From an uncultured Sphingobacteriales bacterium (GTDB taxonomy: Bacteria > Bacteroidota > Bacteroidia > CAILMK01 > CAYYUA01), in the NCBI GenBank assembly GCA_964595485.1, contig CAZQQN010000008.1, forward strand, positions 15,817 through 79,816: a stretch of 64,000 bases of DNA, read 5' to 3'. The translations under genes were made by a program, and so were the position numbers. Shown piece after piece: positions 56,918 to 64,000 of the stretch (position 1 is its first letter; every line of letters starts with the position of its first letter). Under the pieces are notes generated by a model. That model was not told the DNA's origin. It worked only from the letters and a program-made list of their open reading frames with translations, and made no database searches.

Positions 56918-59725
56918 ATGAGAAAGATTTACAAGACCCTGGGTATTCTCTCAATGGTATTAGGCATCACTATTTTCCAGTTCTCAAATTCTTATACGAA
57001 CACCAGTGGCCCGCCATCCGGAAAATCAGGAGCACCAGGCGATGCTACCTGCCAACAATCGGGGTGCCACAGTACTTATTCGTTAAATTCAGGTTCCAAC
57101 CGAAGCGATATAAACATTTCAACCACAATGATAGGAGGAGAATACGCTCAGGATTCTACTTATCAAGTTACTGTATCCTTTGATCCGCCTTCTATTAGCA
57201 GGGCCGGATTTGAAATAACCGCATTAGGTAATTTCACTGCTGGAAGTTCCAGTGTTGGAAATTTCACTTCTACAAGTTCCAATACCCAGACAATAATGGG
57301 TAGCGGTCGTGAATATGTTGCTCATACCAGCAGTGGTAGTGCGGTTACCGGTAACTCAGTTAACTGGACATTTGATTGGAAAGCTCCCTCCTCCAATCAG
57401 GGAGATGTACGTTTTTATTTAGCCCTAAACGAAGCTAATAATGATGGATTTAATAGCAACGATTATATTTATACAAAAACCTTAACAGTCCAGCATCACC
57501 CTGCGCCAACCCCATCCATAAAAGCCAGTAATACTACTGTGTGTGTTGGTGATACGGTGAGTTTCCAGGGATCAGCAACTGGTAATCCCACTGATTGGGA
57601 GTGGACCTTCCCGTCTGGCAATCCTTCACAATCAACTAATCAAAATGAGAAGGTTGTTTTCACCAAAGCGGGTAAACACAATGTTACTTTAGTGGCCAGC
57701 GATAATATCGCAACTTCCAAAGCGGCTACTAAAACAATTACCGTCAAAGGAGAGCCCAAGGCAAGTATATCGCCGGTTGGTAAAGATACGCTATGTTATA
57801 ATGATACTTTAACCGTGAATGCCTCATCACCCAACGGTAACACTTTCAAATGGTCTAACGGTGCATCCGGTTCTTCTATTCAAATCCAGGACGAGGGTAG
57901 CTATTATGTTACTGCTTTGAATAGCCCATGCCCTGCTGACACCAGTGACACCCTTTCTGTTGATAAATATGAACGCCCTACCCTCTCTTTGGCTATTGAT
58001 AAGCAACAGGATACCCTTTGCACAAATGATACGCTTTTGTTCACTGCCAAGCCGGGTTTTACCCAGTATGAGTTCATAAACCTCAATACTTCAAAGACAT
58101 TGGCGAAAAGTGGCAGTGATTCCTTTACACTCAATAAACCTCAGGATAATTTGCAAGTTTTTGTTCGCGCAACTGATACCAATGGTTGCATTGCGTATTC
58201 AGACACGATCAAAAAACAAATTGATACTATTCCAGCTCCGCCGCAAATTACATGTTCTAATTCAACGACAAACAGCGTAACTTTCAGCTGGAATCCCGTT
58301 AGTAAGGCTACAAGCTATGAAGTAAGCTTAGACACAGGTAAAACCTGGAATTCTCAGAATGCTACAAGCTATCAAGCCACAGGCCTTGATTTTGAAGAGA
58401 AAGTAGAAATCCGGGTTAGGGCAGTCAATAGTAACTCAGTTTGTTCCCTAAGCAATGTCGCTGTTAAGGTTTGTGAGAGTGATCCTTGTGCCAACATTGG
58501 TTTTACCCTTAACAGGGATTCCGTAATATGTCCATCGGATTCATCAGAATTCCAATTCAGCAACTTATCCACTAGTAATTACGGCATCTCATTTGACGGT
58601 GACGCTTACAAGCAGCAGCAGAGCTTTACCTACCGATCCAATTCCACCGATACTGTAACCGTAAAAATCATTGATTCTAATCAACTGAATTGTCCACCAA
58701 GGGTATTTGAATATCCAGTGAAAGTGTTAGCACCTACTCAGGTTACCTTGACCCCGGATAGGCAGAACGCTGAATATTGTAAATCCGATACTGTAACTAT
58801 ATCAGGGGATGAGCCTTCAGGAAATTATGATTTTTACCTCAACAATAATAAGGCTACCACTAATGCTGATTCAACCTTCAGTTTCAGTGATTTCAAGGAT
58901 GAGGACAGCGTTTTTGCTGTTGTTACGGATACCAATGGTTGTATTGACACAACCAATACCATTACGATCAATCCATTACCCTCTCCTTCGGTTAAGCTAA
59001 ACACCAATGACTCAAACAATACATTCTGCCAGGGCGACACCGTGGCTATTACAGGAAGTTTAGCAAATGGCATGTACGATTATTTCCGAAATGGAACCGC
59101 ATACTTAACCGATACGAATGAGACCATTCGTTCTACCAATTTCTCTGATCAGGATAGCCTTTTTGCCATAGTCAAGGACAATAACCAATGCATCGACACC
59201 ACCCCTATGATTGGCCTTACGATCAATGATTTACCTGATGTGGGTTTTACTTATACTCCAAATGACCTTACCGTAGATTTCGAAGATACAACGAACGGAA
59301 ATATTCAGACCCGTCAATGGCAATTAGGGGATAATACTACCAAGCAACAAGCAATATTAACCCATACATACGACACCGGCGGGCAATACGAAGTTACTTT
59401 AAGAGTCACCAATAGCAATGATTGTGAATCCGCCATTACAAAGCCCATTACCGTGAAAGATGCCACGTTTATCCCCGACTCGGAAGCTCCGATTAACGTT
59501 AAAGTATTTCCAAACCCTGTTAAGCATCAACTTAGGGTAAAGATCAATCGTTTGCTTAAAAAACCTCGTAAACTTTCTATTAAAGACCTGAGTGGGCAAA
59601 CGGTTAAACGTATTAAGTTAACCCCCAGCATCCAGGAATTTAATGTCAACCTGCAATCATTAAGTGAAGGAAGTTACTTATTGAGTATTGATGGTCAGAG
59701 GTTGACCCAATTTATAAAGCAGTAA
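56918..59725 (+). CDS. Large secreted multi-domain protein (PKD/Ig-like repeats) with C-terminal T9SS sorting domain
   Basis: Signal peptide. N-terminal Cys-containing domain (GAPGDATCQQSGCHS). Repeated approx 90-aa beta-sandwich modules with conserved Cys (…TLCxNDTL…). PKD-like segment (FTYTPNDLTVDFEDTTNGNIQTRQWQLGDNTTKQ…YEVTLRVTN). C-terminal CTD (KVFPNPVKHQLRVKI…GSYLLSIDGQ). ATG at 56918; TTG at 56906. Confidence 0.7.
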   Translation: MRKIYKTLGILSMVLGITIFQFSNSYTNTSGPPSGKSGAPGDATCQQSGCHSTYSLNSGSNRSDINISTTMIGGEYAQDSTYQVTVSFDPPSISRAGFEITALGNFTAGSSSVGNFTSTSSNTQTIMGSGREYVAHTSSGSAVTGNSVNWTFDWKAPSSNQGDVRFYLALNEANNDGFNSNDYIYTKTLTVQHHPAPTPSIKASNTTVCVGDTVSFQGSATGNPTDWEWTFPSGNPSQSTNQNEKVVFTKAGKHNVTLVASDNIATSKAATKTITVKGEPKASISPVGKDTLCYNDTLTVNASSPNGNTFKWSNGASGSSIQIQDEGSYYVTALNSPCPADTSDTLSVDKYERPTLSLAIDKQQDTLCTNDTLLFTAKPGFTQYEFINLNTSKTLAKSGSDSFTLNKPQDNLQVFVRATDTNGCIAYSDTIKKQIDTIPAPPQITCSNSTTNSVTFSWNPVSKATSYEVSLDTGKTWNSQNATSYQATGLDFEEKVEIRVRAVNSNSVCSLSNVAVKVCESDPCANIGFTLNRDSVICPSDSSEFQFSNLSTSNYGISFDGDAYKQQQSFTYRSNSTDTVTVKIIDSNQLNCPPRVFEYPVKVLAPTQVTLTPDRQNAEYCKSDTVTISGDEPSGNYDFYLNNNKATTNADSTFSFSDFKDEDSVFAVVTDTNGCIDTTNTITINPLPSPSVKLNTNDSNNTFCQGDTVAITGSLANGMYDYFRNGTAYLTDTNETIRSTNFSDQDSLFAIVKDNNQCIDTTPMIGLTINDLPDVGFTYTPNDLTVDFEDTTNGNIQTRQWQLGDNTTKQQAILTHTYDTGGQYEVTLRVTNSNDCESAITKPITVKDATFIPDSEAPINVKVFPNPVKHQLRVKINRLLKKPRKLSIKDLSGQTVKRIKLTPSIQEFNVNLQSLSEGSYLLSIDGQRLTQFIKQ

Positions 59726-59775
59726 AAAAGCAACTTGGAAAGTGGCAAGGTAAATACCAATAAGGTCTTGCTGAT

Positions 59776-59805
59776 CAGGAATTTGTTTTAGCCATGAAAT
59801 TCCTG
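59776..59805 (+). terminator. Hairpin CAGGAATTT-N12-AAATTCCTG downstream of the T9SS cargo gene; candidate terminator
   Basis: Perfect 9-bp inverted repeat followed by a T-rich segment (ttaaatttgtctt). Confidence 0.4.
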
Positions 59806-59831
59806 TTAAATTTGTCTTAAAACAGGAATAA

Positions 59832-60677
59832 ATGAAAATCATCGAGTGCCCTAGAGATGCTATGCAGGGTATTCAGCCTTTCATACCAACTGAGAAAAAG
59901 GTTGAATACCTGAACCTACTGTTAAAAGTAGGTTTTGATACCATCGACTTCGGAAGTTTTGTTTCACCAAAAGCAATTCCTCAATTAAGCGATACAGCCG
60001 AAGTTTTAGAAAACCTGGATTTAGATAACAAGCAATCCAATTTGCTAGCCATTATAGCCAACCAGAGAGGGGCTGAAAATGCTGTAAAATTTGATGCTAT
60101 TGATTATTTGGGATATCCGTTTTCTATCTCCGAAACTTTCCAACAACGGAACACTAATCGCAGCATACAAGAAGCTTTCGAGAATGTCAAATCCATCCAG
60201 GAGCTTGCTGTTAACAATCATAAATCTTTGGTAATCTACATTTCAATGGGGTTTGGCAATCCCTATGGTGATGAATGGAGCACTGACATCGTTGAATATT
60301 GGGTCGAAAAACTGCGCAAAGAAGGAATTAAAATTTTCTCCCTTTCAGATACCGTGGGAACAGCTAATCCCAATGACATAGCTTACTTGTTTAATCATTT
60401 AATAGAAGATTACCCTAAGCTGGAATTCGGAGCTCACTTTCATGCCAGGCCGGATAAATGGCGCGAAAAGATAGAAGCAGCGTACCAAAATGGATGCCGC
60501 CGCTTCGACTCAACTGTAAAGGGTTATGGTGGCTGTCCAATGGCAGAGGATGAACTTGTAGGTAATATAGCCACTGAAAACCTCATCCAATACCTGGAGG
60601 AAAAGGACAATATGCCACTCAATCTTGACAATTGGTCTACAATCCTTGCAAAAGCCAATGACGTATTCAATCCTTGA
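59832..60677 (+). CDS. Hydroxymethylglutaryl-CoA lyase (HMGL-like TIM-barrel)
   Basis: IIECPRDAMQG N-terminal catalytic motif (conserved R-D-x-x-Q), GAHFHA metal-binding His pair, and C-terminal Cys (GYGGCP). Confidence 0.8.
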   Translation: MKIIECPRDAMQGIQPFIPTEKKVEYLNLLLKVGFDTIDFGSFVSPKAIPQLSDTAEVLENLDLDNKQSNLLAIIANQRGAENAVKFDAIDYLGYPFSISETFQQRNTNRSIQEAFENVKSIQELAVNNHKSLVIYISMGFGNPYGDEWSTDIVEYWVEKLRKEGIKIFSLSDTVGTANPNDIAYLFNHLIEDYPKLEFGAHFHARPDKWREKIEAAYQNGCRRFDSTVKGYGGCPMAEDELVGNIATENLIQYLEEKDNMPLNLDNWSTILAKANDVFNP

Positions 60678-61827
60678 CCCATTTTTAGTAAAAGCCAGGA
60701 TCCTTTTCCTGCTTATCTTATTTCTCTTGATAAGCATGGTTCCTGCCTTATCCCAAAACCTGGTCCCGAATCCAGGTTTTGAAGATTTTAGTGATTGTCC
60801 GGAAGGAGATAGCAATTTTCCGTTACAGTTTGTTAAGGAATGGAAGAACACCAAGTGGAAAGACTCAACCTCTTACAAATTCACCCACTCACCTGATTTT
60901 TTCCACAAATGCGCCGCTCAAAAATATAGTCAACCCAATAATTTCTATGGCCAGCAACCGCCTTTTGAAGGGCAGGGGTACGCCGGGATAATAGTTGCCA
61001 AAGTTTCAACAAAAGAATTTTTACAGATAAAATTGAAAAAGTCCCTGGAAAATGGCCAGTCTTATTTCCTGAAAGCAAGAGTTTCGCTCGCTGACAGGTG
61101 TACATTTGGTACCAACAAGCATGGCGCTTTGCTATCGGAACAAGCGGATTTCTTTGGTAATAACAAGGGTTTTACGCCTTTAAAACCCCTGAAAGGAGAT
61201 CCTAACCGCATCATAAAAGATAAAGAAGAATGGACCTTGATAGCCGGATGTTATAAAGCTGATGGCGGGGAAACACATTTGACGATTGGCAATTTTCTTA
61301 AAAAAGGGCAAACCCCAACAAAATGGGTTGGAAATACAACTGATAAGGAAAGCTTAAGGCAAAGCTACTATTATGTCGATAAGGTTAAAGTTTTTCCTTG
61401 CCGGAAATTAGATGACTGCCCGTGTAAAAAATTAGCTTACCAAGATATTGGCCAAAACCTTGATACACTAATCAAAAAGAAAGATTCAGCCCACATTGAA
61501 TTCATCAATATCCTATTCAAAACTGATAAAGCAGCGATTCTGAATAATTCTTACCAGGTTTTGGATCAATTTGCTGAATTCTTGAAAAAACACTCAGACT
61601 TTAATCTAATCATTGAAGGCCATACAGACGGAAGAGGAGGTAAATCATACAACATCGATCTATCCAAAAAGCGGGCTAAAGCTGTTTACAATTATTTACG
61701 AAACCAAGGCATAACAAAAAAAAGAATGCGCTACAAAGGATATGGCTCTAAAGACCCGGTTGCCAGCAATAAAAACCCAAGAGGTAGAAAGCTGAACAGA
61801 CGGGTAGAATTCACCATAATCAAATAA
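60658..61827 (+). CDS. OmpA-family outer-membrane-associated protein with N-terminal beta-sandwich (NPGFE-type, CBM-like) domain
   Basis: Signal peptide, then LVPNPGFE motif. C-terminal OmpA-like domain (ILFKTDKAAIL…IEGHTDGRGGKSYNIDLSKKRAKAV…NRRVEF). ATG at 60658, overlapping the HMG-CoA lyase gene end. Confidence 0.75.
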   Translation: MTYSILDPFLVKARILFLLILFLLISMVPALSQNLVPNPGFEDFSDCPEGDSNFPLQFVKEWKNTKWKDSTSYKFTHSPDFFHKCAAQKYSQPNNFYGQQPPFEGQGYAGIIVAKVSTKEFLQIKLKKSLENGQSYFLKARVSLADRCTFGTNKHGALLSEQADFFGNNKGFTPLKPLKGDPNRIIKDKEEWTLIAGCYKADGGETHLTIGNFLKKGQTPTKWVGNTTDKESLRQSYYYVDKVKVFPCRKLDDCPCKKLAYQDIGQNLDTLIKKKDSAHIEFINILFKTDKAAILNNSYQVLDQFAEFLKKHSDFNLIIEGHTDGRGGKSYNIDLSKKRAKAVYNYLRNQGITKKRMRYKGYGSKDPVASNKNPRGRKLNRRVEFTIIK

Positions 61828-61934
61828 TACGATTAAAGGAAGGAGCAGCATGCCTGCCAGTTATAATCAAATTACCAGTATGAAAAGGGATTTTTTAATT
61901 TTGCTGAAACACAATCATATAGAATCGACCTACT

Positions 61935-63035
61935 TTGACCAATAGTTTACGAACATACCTAATTGTTGTTGTAAGTATAGCAATTGGGTTATACTTAGCT
62001 TGGTTTTTTAGCTGGATCATTTCCTACTTGGTTATAGCAGTGATTTTCTCCCTGATCCTGAAGCCAGTAAAACATATGATCAGTAAAATCCGGATAGGCA
62101 GATTGAAAATTCCGGATTGGCTGAATGCTATCCTCTGTATTGCCTTACTTTATTCACTTGTGATAGCATTTTTTTCCATATTCATACCTTTAATACTGCA
62201 ACAAGCTTTCACTTTATCAACGGTAGACACCCAAAAAGTGGTCGAAAATTTTGAGAAACCACTTAATTACCTGGAGCAGCTAATGATCAAATACAAAATT
62301 TCCGAAAATCCCTCGGAAATGGCTCGCGAATACCTTAATGAAAAAATCAGCCAGATCTTTAATATCGCTAATCTGCGTTACTTATTCAGCTTCTTTGTTG
62401 GTTTTACCGGTAATCTTTTTGTGGCGATCTTTTCCCTAACATTCATTACTTTCTTTTTTGTAAAAAATGAAAAGCTACCAAAGCAGATCATTCTAAGTAT
62501 TGTACCTGTAAAGCATGCAGCAAAAGTTCAACGTGTCCTCATTCAGGCTGAAAAATTGCTATCACGGTATTTCATCGGCCTCATTTTTCAAATAACCGGG
62601 ATCACCATAGTCGCTTACATAGGTCTTACTATTGCCGGGGTTAAAAACGCGCTGCTAATAGGTTTTTTTGCCGGTATTGTCAACATTGTTCCTTACCTGG
62701 GGCCCATTATGGGCGCACTATTCGGAGTTATTGTGGCCATTACTTCTCATTTAGAGGCCAATCTTGTAAACGAACTAGTTCCCCTTATTCTGAAAATTTT
62801 CGTTGTTTTTGCCACTGTTCAGGTGATCGACAATATGATCTTTCAGCCGATCATTTTCTCAAATTCTGTTAAAGCCCATCCTTTGGAAATTTTTCTTATC
62901 GTTTTAATTGGTGGACGGCTGGCAGGAATTACGGGAATGGTAGCTGCTATTCCTGCTTATACTTTTATCCGGATCATTGCAAAGGAGTTTCTGAACCAGT
63001 TTCAGGTAGTCAAGCAGTTAACTTATCGGCTTTAG
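61935..63035 (+). CDS. AI-2E family (PerM/UPF0118) transporter
   Basis: 366 aa, 8 TM helices, conserved PYLGP motif (VNIVPYLGPIMG). TTG start as mapped. Confidence 0.7.
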   Translation: MTNSLRTYLIVVVSIAIGLYLAWFFSWIISYLVIAVIFSLILKPVKHMISKIRIGRLKIPDWLNAILCIALLYSLVIAFFSIFIPLILQQAFTLSTVDTQKVVENFEKPLNYLEQLMIKYKISENPSEMAREYLNEKISQIFNIANLRYLFSFFVGFTGNLFVAIFSLTFITFFFVKNEKLPKQIILSIVPVKHAAKVQRVLIQAEKLLSRYFIGLIFQITGITIVAYIGLTIAGVKNALLIGFFAGIVNIVPYLGPIMGALFGVIVAITSHLEANLVNELVPLILKIFVVFATVQVIDNMIFQPIIFSNSVKAHPLEIFLIVLIGGRLAGITGMVAAIPAYTFIRIIAKEFLNQFQVVKQLTYRL

Positions 63036-63143
63036 CCTGACTTAACAAGTGCTAAAAACTTTCAAATTCTTATTTTACTAAACCACAATTTAAACTTCCG
63101 GGTTATCACACATCCAATCTTTCAGTAAAAGGAAGTATTTTAA

Positions 63144-64000
63144 ATGGCAAACACCTTTGGACAATCAGTTGAAACAGCAGCCAAAAAGCTAAAATCGGGG
63201 AACCTGATTGCTATCCCAACAGAAACAGTTTATGGGCTTAGTGGTAATGCCCTTGATGAAAAAGCCGTTACCAAAATCTTTGAGGTCAAACAGCGGCCCC
63301 AATTTGACCCGCTTATTCTTCACCTGGATAGCATTGAAAAGGCCGAACCTTTTGTTGAAGAAATCCCTCCCATCATCAAAAAGCTAGCCCACCAATTTAG
63401 CCCGGGACCAATCACTTACATTTTACCAAAGAAAGCAATCATACCTGATTTGGTGACCTCCGGCCAACCGACCGTAGCTGTTCGTATTCCCAACCACCCG
63501 CTGACGCTTGAACTATTGAAAAATTTGGATTTTCCAATAGCAGCACCCAGTGCAAATCCTTTTGGCTATGTTAGTCCAACAACCGCCCAGCATGTATACG
63601 ACCAGCTAAATGATAAAATCACTTACATCCTGGATGGTGGTCCTTGCCAAGTAGGATTGGAATCTACCATTGTAAAGGCGGAAGACAAAGTTTTAAAAGT
63701 GCTAAGATTAGGAGGTACCCCAGTAGAGGCCCTCAAAAGACACGTAAAGCAAGTGGAAGTGCAGCGAAGTTCAACAAGTGATCCGGAAAGCCCGGGACAA
63801 CTTAAATCCCATTATGCACCCGGAACTCCTTTAAAATTCGGTAAAACTGAGAAGTGGCTAAAAAAATTCAAACCACACCAAATAGGAATGATCAGGTTTC
63901 AGGACTTATTTCCGGAGATACCGGAAGCTAACCAATACGTGCTTTCGCACAAAGGAAACCTGAATGAGGCGGCCAGGAACCTCTTCAGGGCTTTAAGAAA
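63144..64000 (+). CDS. L-threonylcarbamoyladenylate synthase (Sua5/YciO/YrdC family); 3' end runs off the window
   Basis: YrdC fold motifs: IAIPTETVYGL, KxR (VKQRP), SAN (APSANPFG). Continues past the YrdC domain, which suggests a Sua5-type C-terminal extension. Confidence 0.8.
   Translation, partial: MANTFGQSVETAAKKLKSGNLIAIPTETVYGLSGNALDEKAVTKIFEVKQRPQFDPLILHLDSIEKAEPFVEEIPPIIKKLAHQFSPGPITYILPKKAIIPDLVTSGQPTVAVRIPNHPLTLELLKNLDFPIAAPSANPFGYVSPTTAQHVYDQLNDKITYILDGGPCQVGLESTIVKAEDKVLKVLRLGGTPVEALKRHVKQVEVQRSSTSDPESPGQLKSHYAPGTPLKFGKTEKWLKKFKPHQIGMIRFQDLFPEIPEANQYVLSHKGNLNEAARNLFRALR

Noticed and set aside
57040-57075. Possible c-type heme-binding site in the T9SS cargo N-terminal domain (…TCQQSGCHS…)
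   Set aside because: The motif is C-x4-CH, not the canonical CxxCH, so a heme-binding claim is not supported.
1-64000. CRISPR arrays, IS elements/transposases, toxin-antitoxin or restriction-modification genes
   Set aside because: Scanned for tandem direct repeats with unique spacers and for DDE/HUH/integrase-like ORFs on both strands. None found. The only repeats are short regulatory-scale motifs.

Overview
This 64-kb window looks like a chromosomal segment from a Bacteroidota-type genome. The evidence is two secreted proteins with C-terminal type IX secretion (T9SS) sorting domains, a short (about 286 aa) RpoD-type primary sigma factor, TAnnTTTG-like -7 promoter elements, and ATG starts that mostly lack a Shine-Dalgarno sequence. 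Coding density is high, with about 55 genes. I found no transposase or integrase, no CRISPR array and no rRNA. Positions 1-4170 hold a nucleotide-sugar module (DegT aminotransferase, UDP-glucose dehydrogenase, UDP-glucuronate decarboxylase-like SDR, hexapeptide acetyltransferase). Housekeeping genes follow: P5C dehydrogenase, rpoD, and an unusual 902-aa tandem-fused double D-Ala-D-Ala ligase with a PASTA-domain partner. Positions 14764-30834 are the most unusual part of the window. They form a large glycan biosynthesis locus with GT2 and GT4 glycosyltransferases, four polytopic GT-C (PMT/ArnT-like) membrane proteins including a tandem paralog pair, two Stf0-like sulfotransferases and a long UDP-galactopyranose-mutase-like flavoprotein. 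There is no recognisable Wzx/Wzy/Wza export machinery. This suggests an undescribed sulfated, possibly furanose-containing, glycoconjugate or protein O-glycosylation pathway. The remainder contains purQ, two tandem Hsp20 genes, a hutI-ftcD-HDAC-like operon, recQ, an Omp85-like protein, ppx, a phosphohexomutase, glutaryl-CoA dehydrogenase, folB, tRNA-Cys(GCA), purD, a DUF349 repeat protein, a 939-aa PKD-rich T9SS cargo, HMG-CoA lyase, an OmpA-family protein, an AI-2E transporter and a partial Sua5/YrdC. All functional calls rest on motif-level reading of the translated ORFs. No database search was run.
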